This document shows, piece after piece, positions 42,723-51,395 of a DNA stretch of 58,474 bases. The notes under the pieces are model-generated. The model searched no databases. It was given only the letters and a program-made list of their open reading frames with translations, and was not told where the DNA came from. Origin of the DNA: Chloroflexota bacterium (GTDB lineage: Bacteria > Chloroflexota > JAJPGV01); NCBI GenBank assembly GCA_050695655.1, contig JBOGTU010000166.1:1-58474 (forward strand). Direction: 5' to 3'. Every line of letters starts with the position of its first letter. Position 1 is the first letter of the stretch. The translations under genes and the position numbers were made by a program.

Positions 42723-45341
42723 GTGGCACCCGCCGCGCTGCTCATCTGCGGCACGCTGCTGGTCGCCCTCCCCGGCATGGGGTACCTGCCGGCCGTGCTG
42801 GCAGCGCTGGCAGCGCTGGCTGTGTGGGCCCTACCAGCCTCGCGGGGTGCGCCTACCTTCGCGGCCATGCCGAAGGGCGGGTTCGCCCCAGCGGCGCGCT
42901 GGCGAGCGCAACTTGGCGCAGCAGTGCGACGCTTGCACCGGGCGCCAGCGGTGTGGGGCACAGGCCTGCTGCTGATGGGATCCATCGCCGGAACGGCAAC
43001 ATCCGCGTTGCCGGTGCTGAGCCTGCAGAAATTGTGGGCTGTCATCGTGGGCGCGGCGCTCTTCGGCCTGCTGGCGCGGCTGGGGAGCGGTGTCAATAGC
43101 GCTGATCCTTCGGTCGGCGCGGGCCTTGCCTGTCCCAGCTGGCGAGAAAAGGGTGAGAAGAACCGCCGCGACGAGGTGCTCCGCTCCACATTAACGCGGG
43201 ACGCCAAAAGGCAGGCAGAGGCGAGCTGCGCACCCGTGCTGCCATTGCTGTGGCTCCTGGGTGGGTTTGGCGTGCTGCTGGGCATCGCCGCGGACGTGCA
43301 GGTGGACCGGAACTCCTGGAAGCTGAATGGCTACAATCGCGCGGTCTACGGCTTGTTCGCCCATGTTCCACGCGTCTCGACCGTAGCGCTGAATCAGAAC
43401 GCTATCGCCGCCTGGTTCATTGTGCTCGCGCCGCTGGCCCTGTGCCTGGCGCTGGGACCCTGGCCGCGGAGGAATCGCGTGCTGGGCGGCGCACTGGCCA
43501 TGTTCTGCCTGTTTCAGCTCTCACTCGCCAATTCACGCTCGGCGTTGCTCGCCCTCGGCATCGGGCTGCTGGTGGGTACCTGGGTGCTGGGAGGACACTG
43601 GCGCTGGATTGGGGCCGGTGTGCTGGGCGCACTGCTGGCGCTGCTGGTGAGTGGCCTGCTGGGCCAGCCCTTCCGGCTGAGCCTGCTGCCCACTGGCGGC
43701 AGCAGCCGAGAGCGCGTCGCCATCTGGAGCAGCGCCCTGCACATGCTGGCGGCTGCACCCTTCACTGGCACCGGTCTGGGGCTGTTCCAGCGGGTGTATC
43801 CCGCCTATATGCTGCCCAGCGAACGCGTGGACTATCCGCATGCCCACAACCTGCTGCTCCAGGCCGGCACAGATATGGGGCTTCTGGGTATCGCCGGCTG
43901 GCTGGTTGTCATCGGTTGGGCGGCCTGTGTGACCATTCGCCTCTCGCGGCGACCGCCCGGGCACGCGGGCATCCGCTGCCTGGCGGCCGGCGCGGTGGCC
44001 GCGAGCGCCGGACTGCTGGTGCACGCCCAGGTGGATTGCTACTTCGCTGGCGACTCGCACACCATCTTCTTCCTGTTCGTACCGCTCGGTCTGCTGGCGG
44101 CCACGGCACCTCCCGCCCGTGGACAGGCAAGCAACCTCACTCGGCGCAATACTCGTGACCCAGCTCGACGTCTCCTCAGCCCGGTCAGCCACGGACCGCT
44201 GACGGCAGCTATTGGCCTGGCGACCCTGGGCCTCATTGCCCTGTGGGCCAGTGGCTGGCTGCCGAGCGAGCTGCTGCTCAACCGCGGCACGCTGGCGTGG
44301 CTGCGCAGCGGGCTGGGCAGCGCGGGGCAAGGAAGCCTTGTCGCGGCGATTCAGGACGATAGGGCCGCCGTAGCAGTCAAGCCGAGCAACTGGGCCGCGA
44401 ATCAGGCGCTGGGCGCGGCGCTGGTCAGCAGCGGGCAGTCCGGGCCAGCTGCAGCCGCCCTGGAGCGCGCTGCGAGCTCCAGGCCGGCCGATCCACTGCT
44501 GGAGCTTCAAGTGGGGATGGCGCAATCCACCGCGGGCCAGCCGGCGGCGGCCTTGAAGAGCTGGCGCCGAGCAGGTGCCGCTGCCTTCCTGGCGAGCTTG
44601 GGGCAGGCCGAGGCCAGCCGGGGGAACACCAGTGCAGCTGCGCGGTGGTATACGACCGCGCTGGCCATCTCGCCAGGCGACCCGCAGGCGAGCCAGGGCC
44701 TGGCCTGGCTGCAAGCTGCCTCAGGACAGTGGACCGGCGCAAGGGCCACACTGCAGCGCGACGTAGCCGAGCACCCCCATGACGCAGTCGCCTTGCAGTT
44801 GCTGGCGGGCCTGGCCTGGCGCGCGGACGACCTCACGCAGGCGCAAACCCTGATCAACCAGGCCCTGGCCGTGGACGGGCCCGACGAGTCATTGCAGCGC
44901 GGCTTGGGCCAGCTGGAGCAGGCACTCGGCAAGCCGGTTCAAGCAGCAGAGGATGAGGCCCTTGCGCGCGAAACACTCGCCGCTCGTGGTGCGCCATCGC
45001 CTCAGCTGGGGGAGACCCTGTTCTTTGCCGGCCTGGATAGCCAGGCCGAGCGGGAGTTTCGGCGCGTGGCCTACGGCCAGCCGGCCGATCCCATCGGCCA
45101 CTACTGGCTGGGAACGCTCTTTGCCGCGCAGAGCGCGCCGTCGCGCGCTCTCACCGAATTCCAACTGGCGGTTCAAGCCATCCCGAATCAGGAGCAGTTT
45201 CTCCTGGCGCTGGCAGAGGAGCAGCAGCGCGTTGGCGATCGCTCAGCCACGCTGCGCGCCTACGCCACCATCCGCGCCCTGGACCCCAGCAATGCGGAAG
45301 CCGCGGCCGCCCTCCACATGCCCGCCCTGCCTCGCGCCTGA
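42723..45341 (+). CDS. O-antigen ligase (Wzy_C)-like polytopic membrane protein fused to C-terminal TPR repeats
   Basis: Multiple TM helices. NSRSALLALGIGLLV and PHAHNLLLQAGTDMGLLG are Wzy_C/O-antigen-ligase signature regions. The ~330-aa C-terminus consists of Ala-rich TPR-like repeats. Confidence 0.75.
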   Translation: MAPAALLICGTLLVALPGMGYLPAVLAALAALAVWALPASRGAPTFAAMPKGGFAPAARWRAQLGAAVRRLHRAPAVWGTGLLLMGSIAGTATSALPVLSLQKLWAVIVGAALFGLLARLGSGVNSADPSVGAGLACPSWREKGEKNRRDEVLRSTLTRDAKRQAEASCAPVLPLLWLLGGFGVLLGIAADVQVDRNSWKLNGYNRAVYGLFAHVPRVSTVALNQNAIAAWFIVLAPLALCLALGPWPRRNRVLGGALAMFCLFQLSLANSRSALLALGIGLLVGTWVLGGHWRWIGAGVLGALLALLVSGLLGQPFRLSLLPTGGSSRERVAIWSSALHMLAAAPFTGTGLGLFQRVYPAYMLPSERVDYPHAHNLLLQAGTDMGLLGIAGWLVVIGWAACVTIRLSRRPPGHAGIRCLAAGAVAASAGLLVHAQVDCYFAGDSHTIFFLFVPLGLLAATAPPARGQASNLTRRNTRDPARRLLSPVSHGPLTAAIGLATLGLIALWASGWLPSELLLNRGTLAWLRSGLGSAGQGSLVAAIQDDRAAVAVKPSNWAANQALGAALVSSGQSGPAAAALERAASSRPADPLLELQVGMAQSTAGQPAAALKSWRRAGAAAFLASLGQAEASRGNTSAAARWYTTALAISPGDPQASQGLAWLQAASGQWTGARATLQRDVAEHPHDAVALQLLAGLAWRADDLTQAQTLINQALAVDGPDESLQRGLGQLEQALGKPVQAAEDEALARETLAARGAPSPQLGETLFFAGLDSQAEREFRRVAYGQPADPIGHYWLGTLFAAQSAPSRALTEFQLAVQAIPNQEQFLLALAEEQQRVGDRSATLRAYATIRALDPSNAEAAAALHMPALPRA

Positions 45342-45435
45342 TCGCCGCGACTTAGGCTGAACATTGTTCAGCTCGAAGACTGTCCGCCCTCGTTGACAGC
45401 GCCAGCGGGTTGCCGCCGCCGGCAACCACACATGA

Positions 45436-45654
45436 CAGCGTTGGTGCGAACAAAGGGGCTCGCGGCTTCGTTTCAGCCGCACCGATCTCGGGACGGTCGA
45501 AAACCTGGGCCAGTGGCTCACAACTGTCGTCTCACGCGTATGCCTGAATATGCTCGAGGCGCGCCGGTTACACCCCGAGGAGCCGTTGGATTCGGACGCC
45601 CTGGCGCCAGTTGCGACTCACGATGCGACGACGGACCCCGAGCAGGAGGCATGA
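45436..45654 (+). pseudogene. Internal fragment of an ECF (SigJ-like) sigma-70 factor
   Basis: The frame is open 45436-45654 and encodes RLRFSRTDLGTVENLGQWLTTVVSRVCLNMLEARRLHPEEPLDS. This matches the region 2.4/linker segment (W.R.SR.D...EN.G.WLTTVV.R.CLD.LR.R) of SigJ-type ECF sigmas. There is no start codon, no region 2.1-2.3 and no region 4. Confidence 0.5.
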
Positions 45655-45665
45655 ACGGCAGCGAC

Positions 45666-46826
45666 CTACTCGATGCGATCCGGAAGGTGCAGAGTGGCAA
45701 CGCCGATGTGGTCGTCGGCCATGCCGAAGTACATGTCCACGCGATTCGGCTGCCCCAGGTCGGTGCGCACGTCCAGGCCAGTGGGGAACACCACGTTGGG
45801 CACCAGGCCGCTGCGTTCGCTCTCGCCGGGGCTGAGCACGGGGCGTGGCGAGCGGTAGAGCACGTGATGCGGCTGGCGTGCGTCCAGCACGGCTACGCCG
45901 GCAGAGTACTGGAGGTGGTGCTGAGCCAGCTGGCCGCCTACGCCGTGGTACACCAGCAGCCAGCCTATGGGTGTGAGCAGCGGTGGCGCGCCGGCACCTA
46001 CCTTGATGCGCTCCCATGAAGCCCTGGGCGACAGCAGACGCTGGTGCTGGTCGAACACCCATTGTCCATTCGCGCTGGGGCTGCCGCAGTAGGATATCCA
46101 CAAGCTCTCGTGCGGACTACGGTGCTGATGTGCCGCGCTCACCCGCTGCGCCGGCCCTCTCCCCGCGGGCGTGGCCGCCGCCTGGCGGTTGAGCGCGAAG
46201 TGCCGCTGCTGAAGCCGCCGTTGCACCTGGTGCGGCAGGGTACCAGGGAAAAGCGGGCGATGGATCAGCGCCAGTGCCAGCTTGCCATCGGGTCCGGGAA
46301 CCAGGTTGGGGAAGAGCACGCCGTCCTTGTTGTCCACGCTGTTGAAGTCCACCTCGCCGGCGCGAAACCGCGCTAGGCCCAGCCGCTCCCAGTGGCACAG
46401 ATCGCGTGACCACGCCAGCGCGATGCGCGGACCCTGAGGCGAGAAGGCGGTGTAGGTCATGACGTAGCGCTGCACGTGTGCCACGTAGGTGACCCTCGGG
46501 TCTTCCACGCCACCCCCGGTCTCCGGGTTGCGTTCGTACTCCTCCTCCGGCTCCAGCACCACGCCCATTCGCTCCACGCCGCTGGGGTCGCCTTGCGCAT
46601 CGAACAGCACTCTCGCCAGGCCAATGCGCGAGAAGTTGCCCTCCGCAACCAACCGAGGCAGCAAATACAGCTGGCCATCCGGGCCGCGCGCGGCCGCCGG
46701 ATTCAGCACGCCGGCCGCTTCGCGCTCATCCCCATCCTGGGGAGACATAAGCTGGCCTAAACGCACCGCCGCGAAGGGGTTACGCGGATCAACGCTCTCG
46801 GGCTGCGTCCGCACTACCATCCCCAT
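45666..46826 (-). CDS. Glycoside hydrolase family 130-like (beta-mannoside phosphorylase/hydrolase fold)
   Basis: VLNPAAARGPDGQLYLLPRLVAEG, EDPRVTYV, AFSPQGPRIALAWSRDL..WERLG, NKDGVLFP, YHGV and VVFPTG are collinear with GH130 five-bladed propellers. Start at ATG 46826 or 46820 (GAGG-atgggg-ATG). Confidence 0.65.
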   Translation of the reverse strand: MGMVVRTQPESVDPRNPFAAVRLGQLMSPQDGDEREAAGVLNPAAARGPDGQLYLLPRLVAEGNFSRIGLARVLFDAQGDPSGVERMGVVLEPEEEYERNPETGGGVEDPRVTYVAHVQRYVMTYTAFSPQGPRIALAWSRDLCHWERLGLARFRAGEVDFNSVDNKDGVLFPNLVPGPDGKLALALIHRPLFPGTLPHQVQRRLQQRHFALNRQAAATPAGRGPAQRVSAAHQHRSPHESLWISYCGSPSANGQWVFDQHQRLLSPRASWERIKVGAGAPPLLTPIGWLLVYHGVGGQLAQHHLQYSAGVAVLDARQPHHVLYRSPRPVLSPGESERSGLVPNVVFPTGLDVRTDLGQPNRVDMYFGMADDHIGVATLHLPDRIE

Positions 46827-47074
46827 CCTCACTCCCACTCCTCCACCGTTGGGATATCGCCCTCGGCATCGCGTGCAGCATTTCGCTTGCCACGGGCTGG
46901 CGGGCTCCACGCTCGGCCTTAATCATTCTTTTACATTGCTGAGTTACAGTGGCTGGGCAGCGAACGCGGGGGGAGGTGAGTCGCCCCAAGGAGCATGCTC
47001 CGTTCGGGTGGTTAGTCAGCTCATCTCCTACCCATTCGCCGCGGGGGATTCGTCCCCTTCCTCGTTCTATGGCG

Positions 47075-47860
47075 CTACAGGTAGCGCGTAGGCCAGTTCA
47101 TGGTGCGCCACATGTGGGCCGAGGGGCTCGTGTCGAAGCCCAGGCCCTCCTCCGGCTGGCGGAAGTTGCGGCCGATGACGTCCGTGAAATCCTCCAGGTT
47201 CACCACCGCGTCAGGGTCAAACGCATACAGATCGTTGATGGTGATGAGCCGGCCGGTCATGTACCACTTGTGCTCTCGAAAGCGGTGGTATTCGTCCACC
47301 AAATACGGCTCTGGCTGGTAGTGCTCCCCAAAGAGGCGAACGTACATCTCCGGATAGCTGTAGCCCGCGGCCTCATCCGGGAAGAAGCGCAGCGCCTGGT
47401 GCGCCCGCACTGCCCAGGCCACCTCCGCATCCACGTAGGGCTCGATCATTTGAGCCGCCCAGTATCCGTGATCGGATGAGATGAACCCGGACACAGCGAT
47501 GTCGTGCAGCAGGCAGGCGAGCACCACCTTCTCGTTGTTGCCGCTCTTCAGGGCCAGGTTGGCGCTCTGCAGCATGTGGTTCACGCCACCGGCGCGCATC
47601 CGCAATTGCAGGAAGTCCATAAGCCTCGGCTTGGCTGGCATGGGCTTCAGCCGCGGGTCCGCTGCCATGAGCATGTGCTGGCCCGGCCGCACAGGCGGGC
47701 GTTGCGCCGGGCCGGTGGGATCCTGCGCGCCGGACGTGTAGAGCACGGACGTGTTGGGCACCGGCGGCAGCTCATCCATCATCCGTTCTTCCAGCGCATC
47801 GGCTTGGCCGGCGGCCGTTGCTGTGCCGCTGGGGCTGGCAGGCGTCTTCGTTGTCTCCAT
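47075..47860 (-). CDS. HD-domain protein, myo-inositol-oxygenase (MIOX)/PhnZ-like di-iron oxygenase family
   Basis: HMLQSANLALKSG...VLACLLHDIA (HD), RAHQALRFFPDE, INDLYAFDPD, and a C-terminal W...RYL tail resemble MIOX-type HD oxygenases. The first ~85 codons are low-complexity, so the true start may be internal. Confidence 0.55.
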   Translation of the reverse strand: METTKTPASPSGTATAAGQADALEERMMDELPPVPNTSVLYTSGAQDPTGPAQRPPVRPGQHMLMAADPRLKPMPAKPRLMDFLQLRMRAGGVNHMLQSANLALKSGNNEKVVLACLLHDIAVSGFISSDHGYWAAQMIEPYVDAEVAWAVRAHQALRFFPDEAAGYSYPEMYVRLFGEHYQPEPYLVDEYHRFREHKWYMTGRLITINDLYAFDPDAVVNLEDFTDVIGRNFRQPEEGLGFDTSPSAHMWRTMNWPTRYL

Positions 47861-48007
47861 CGGTTCAGGCCCTTTCCAACTGTGCTGATTGCATCATGCC
47901 ACGGCGAGGGGTACCGCGGCAGCGCCGAGCCGCGTTCCTTTGGGCAGCCGGCTACGATTGCAGCGTAACCCTTTGCTGGGCGCAAGCTCGTTTGGGAGGT
48001 GCTCGCC

Positions 48008-48880
48008 ATGAGCGTTGCTGTTACCCCGCTGCTGGAGCGGCGGTTCACGCTGGGCGAGTGCCCCGTGTGGGATGAACGCGAGCAGGCGCTCTACTTCACC
48101 GACATCACCGCCCGCACCATCCACCGCTACGACTGGTCCCGCCACGACTTGCGCGGCTGGACGCTGCCGGAGGAGTGCGGCAGCTTTGGCCTGCGGGCGG
48201 CGGGCGGCGCCATTGTGGCACAGCGCGCCTCGGTGCATCTGTTCGACTTCGCCAGCGGCCGGCTCACGCGTACGCTGTGCGCCATGCCTGATGAGGTGGC
48301 GCGGCCAACCAACCGCCTGAATGATGGCAAGGTGGCCCCAGATGGCCGCTTCTGGGTGGGCTCCATTGACGATCGCCCCCAGCGACAGCCAGTGGCGGCC
48401 TTGTACCGGGTGGATGCCGATGGCACCTGCGCGAGGATGCGCGACGGCATCACCGGCTCAAACGGCTTGGCCTGGAGCCCCGATGGCCGAGTGATGTACC
48501 ACGCGGATACATCGGCGCGCGAAGTTTCCGCTTACGACTACGACGTCGCCAGCGGCGGCATCGCCAACCGGCGCACGTTCCACACATTCACCGAGGTCAC
48601 TGGCTTCCCGGATGGCGCGGCCATGGATGCCGAGGGCTATTACTGGGTGGCTGGCGTGCGGGGTGGGCGCGTAAACCGCCTTGCGCCAGATGGCACGCTG
48701 GAGCGCTACATCGAGGTGCCGGTTCGTTTCCCTACCATGCCCTGCTTTGGAGGGCCGGATCTGCGCACGTTGTTCATCACCTCACTGGACCGCGGAACCG
48801 CGGACGATCCACAAGGCGGCACGCTCTACACGCTAGGCGTGGACGTGCCTGGCCTGCCTGGTGCCCGCTTCGCCGGGTGA
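48008..48880 (+). CDS. SMP-30/gluconolactonase/LRE family protein
   Basis: LGECPVWDEREQALYFTDI, NDGKVAPDGRFWVGS, SNGLAWSPDG and PDGAAMDAEGYYWVA are six-bladed propeller lactonase motifs. GGGAGG lies 8 nt upstream of ATG 48008. Confidence 0.8.
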   Translation: MSVAVTPLLERRFTLGECPVWDEREQALYFTDITARTIHRYDWSRHDLRGWTLPEECGSFGLRAAGGAIVAQRASVHLFDFASGRLTRTLCAMPDEVARPTNRLNDGKVAPDGRFWVGSIDDRPQRQPVAALYRVDADGTCARMRDGITGSNGLAWSPDGRVMYHADTSAREVSAYDYDVASGGIANRRTFHTFTEVTGFPDGAAMDAEGYYWVAGVRGGRVNRLAPDGTLERYIEVPVRFPTMPCFGGPDLRTLFITSLDRGTADDPQGGTLYTLGVDVPGLPGARFAG

Positions 48881-48984
48881 TCGCTCTATCGAATCAGCAC
48901 ACTCTCTGCACCCGCCACGTCACCGCTGGCCGAGGAAACGGCCCGCACTCTGCCCTCATATGAAAAGAGTCTTCGGAAGCTCTG

Positions 48985-49014
48985 TTGACGCACCATCCCT
49001 GCTCGTCCTATTTT
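48985..49014 (+). promoter_or_regulatory. Candidate sigma-70-type promoter for the 49160 membrane glycosyltransferase gene
   Basis: TTGACG (48985-48990), then an 18-nt spacer, then TATTTT (49009-49014), within a locally lower-GC 280-nt intergenic region. No experimental support. Confidence 0.3.
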
Positions 49015-49159
49015 CATGGAACGGTGGCGTCGCAGCCCGACATGTTGGGCTCTCCCAGTCGGCAGAGGAACGAGATTAGCTCTTCGACGACGCCATGACC
49101 TGCGCTGGCCAGCATCTCGCATATGAACGTCCGGCGGTGACGCCTTCGCCGCAACCGGC

Positions 49160-50536
49160 ATGGCCCAGTATGCGATCCGCGCAGACTCACTCCAGTTCCT
49201 CTCCCGACTGGAAGAGGCGAAGGTGAGGGCCGTTCTGAGGCGCGACGCCACGATAGCCAGCAGCCGGATCGTTTCGCCTGCAGCGTGGGACCGCTGGGCG
49301 CTGGTTGCGCTGCTGGTGCTGGCCAAGGGGACTATCGTGTTGGTGGCCTTTCTGGGTTGGAAGCTGCTGCCCTTCGCCGTGGGCAACTACCAGGTTAACT
49401 TCGTCGATCCGGCGCAGGCCGGCAACTCGCTGGCGACGCTGTTCAGTACCTGGGACGGCCAGCACTTTCTTTATCTGAGCCAGAGTGGATATCGCGCGGG
49501 CATCCTCTCGGACAACCAGTTTCCGCTCTATCCAGCGCTCATCCACCTCGCCGCGCCCATCTTCGGCGGCAGCGCGCGGGGGGCGCTGGTGGTCAGCAAC
49601 GTGGCTTCACTCATCGGCTTCTGCCTGCTGTTCGACCTGGTGCGGCTGCTGTATGACCGCGCGCTCGCCTGGCGCACAGTGCTGCTGTACCTGGCCTTTC
49701 CGACCGCGTTCTTTTTCGCGCTGGTGTACAGCGAGGCCATCTTCTTCTTGCTGGCCATGCTGTTCTTCCACTTCCTCTTTCGCGGCCGCCTGGCCTGGGC
49801 GGCGCTGCCGGCGGCGCTGCTGCCTCTGGCCCGCGCACCCGGCTTCCTGATCCTCATTCCCTTCGTCAGCTACTACCTGGTTGAGGTGGCTGGGTTGGGC
49901 CGGCCGTTTTGGGGCGTGGCGCGGCATGATCCTGGAACGGCGACCGTGCCCGCTGATGCGGTCAGCGCCGCGGGCACACCGAGTGGCCAGGCAGCTGGCT
50001 GGCTGGACGAGTTCAAGCCGCGTGCTCTGTGGTCGCCCCGGGCGCTGCTGGTGCTTTCACCGCTCCTGGGCGTGGGCGCTTACCTGGGCTTCATGTATTT
50101 GGCCACCGGCAACCCGTTCGAGATGGCCCGCGCGGCGGCGTCCAACGTGTCCGGATTCTCGCCCACGCTCTTCATGCACCCCGGGCGGCTCGTACACCAG
50201 CTCACGGACCAGCCACTGCAGATTCACGGTTTCACCAACTCCATGCTGGACCGCGCCTTCTTCCTGGCGTTTGTGGCGCTGCTCATCCCGCTGTTCCGCA
50301 AGGTGCACATTTCGCTGGCGCTGTATGGGCTGGCCATGGGCGCCATCAGCGTGGTAGGCGGGAGTTTTGTCTCCTACACGCGCTACGTGCTGCTGGCCTT
50401 TCCGGTGTTCATCGCCGTCGCCCTGCTGCTGCGTGGCCGGCGGGCCGGAGTGCTGTGGCTGCCCCTGCTGTACCTGTTCACCATGCTCCAGAGCCTCTTG
50501 CTGGTGATGCAGGCGCTCAATTACTGGGTGGCTTGA
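49160..50536 (+). CDS. Polytopic membrane glycosyltransferase, PIG-V/PMT_2-like mannosyltransferase family
   Basis: ~10 predicted TM helices. The first extracytoplasmic loop motif is FSTWDGQHFLYLSQSGY, as in GPI-mannosyltransferase-2-like bacterial proteins. Confidence 0.6.
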   Translation: MAQYAIRADSLQFLSRLEEAKVRAVLRRDATIASSRIVSPAAWDRWALVALLVLAKGTIVLVAFLGWKLLPFAVGNYQVNFVDPAQAGNSLATLFSTWDGQHFLYLSQSGYRAGILSDNQFPLYPALIHLAAPIFGGSARGALVVSNVASLIGFCLLFDLVRLLYDRALAWRTVLLYLAFPTAFFFALVYSEAIFFLLAMLFFHFLFRGRLAWAALPAALLPLARAPGFLILIPFVSYYLVEVAGLGRPFWGVARHDPGTATVPADAVSAAGTPSGQAAGWLDEFKPRALWSPRALLVLSPLLGVGAYLGFMYLATGNPFEMARAAASNVSGFSPTLFMHPGRLVHQLTDQPLQIHGFTNSMLDRAFFLAFVALLIPLFRKVHISLALYGLAMGAISVVGGSFVSYTRYVLLAFPVFIAVALLLRGRRAGVLWLPLLYLFTMLQSLLLVMQALNYWVA

Positions 50537-50566
50537 GGCCTGAGCAACGCGAGGGGTAGCCGCGGG

Positions 50567-50902
50567 TCAGTCCAGCGGGATAGCCACGGAGATGCGTGGC
50601 GCGTTGCCCACCACGCGGGTAGTGTGCCCGTGGCCGGTGAGGTCCTCGGCGAGGGTGACGTGGCCAGCGCCAAAGCGATGGATGCTGCCATCGCCCAGGC
50701 CAATCTCGTACTCGCCCGCCAGGGTGATCACGAACTGCCGCCGCGGCGCTGGGTGCCAGTCCAGAAAATCGCCCGGCGGCGACGAGCGGAAGACAATGCC
50801 GGTGGCCCTTTGCAGCGTGGCCAGTTCAGGATGGCTGTCCAAGGTCAGCGCATCCATGTGCGTTTGCCCGTCGGCGCCGCTGTACAACCGCGTGAATTCC
50901 AT
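50567..50902 (-). CDS. Cupin domain protein
   Basis: 111 aa. DWHPAPRRQFVITLAGEYEIGLGDGSIHRFGAGHVTLAED is a cupin beta-barrel pattern. AGGAG RBS 6 nt upstream. Confidence 0.7.
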   Translation of the reverse strand: MEFTRLYSGADGQTHMDALTLDSHPELATLQRATGIVFRSSPPGDFLDWHPAPRRQFVITLAGEYEIGLGDGSIHRFGAGHVTLAEDLTGHGHTTRVVGNAPRISVAIPLD

Positions 50903-51037
50903 ATGCTGCTCCTGGCGTGTTGGGATCGAAACGTGTGTGCCACCGAATCGCGGACCAACCTTACCCGCGCTGCCTGGTGGATCGCAATGTGAGCAGCTGC
51001 TCGGGCCGCTGACGGTTTGCCGGGCATCTCGCCGCGG

Positions 51038-51358
51038 CTACGCGCGCCGCGGAAAGTCCCTGCCGAAAAAGCCACCAAGAGGCCGGGCGTGCACGTGGTA
51101 ATGGGCGGGGATGTTGCGCATGTGATCGTCCAGCCAGGCGGAGCCGAAGTGCTGTTCGGCGACCTCCAGCAGGCGGGCCTGCATGTGCGTGGCCACATGC
51201 GCCGGCGGCTCAGTGCCATGCTCTTTCCAGACCGCCATGGGCACGGCGCAAATCTCGCACTCGGCAATCCAGCAGTGGGCGTCTTCGTAGAACCAGGGGG
51301 TGATGTGTGCCGCTTCACACAACTCGCACGGTCGGCTGGGTTGGCCGCTGGTTGCCAT
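51038..51358 (-). CDS. Small Cys-rich protein with histidine-triad-like motif (HIT-like)
   Basis: 106 aa with CELCE...CWIAECEIC (two CxxC pairs) followed by PAHYHVHARP (HxHxH). It is the C-terminal part of the 183-aa track ORF and is divergent from the SDR gene. Confidence 0.5.
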   Translation of the reverse strand: MATSGQPSRPCELCEAAHITPWFYEDAHCWIAECEICAVPMAVWKEHGTEPPAHVATHMQARLLEVAEQHFGSAWLDDHMRNIPAHYHVHARPLGGFFGRDFPRRA

Positions 51359-51395
51359 CTGAATTAAAGCGTACGCGCAAGGGCGACGAGCGACA

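Noticed and set aside
43533-44714. 393-aa minus-strand ORF and the 302-aa alternative plus frame at 43250..44158
   Set aside because: They overlap the O-antigen-ligase-like gene. The sense frame shows coherent TM helices, while the alternatives are Arg/Gly/Pro-rich.
45354-45372. Rho-independent terminator after the O-antigen-ligase-like gene (GCTGAAC-att-GTTCAGC)
   Set aside because: It is a perfect 7-bp inverted repeat but has a 3-nt loop, a weak stem and no following T-run. There is not enough support to call a terminator.
45393-46019. 208-aa plus-strand ORF
   Set aside because: It is a composite. Its 5' part is an alternative frame over the sigma-factor fragment, and its 3' part is antisense to the GH130-like gene.
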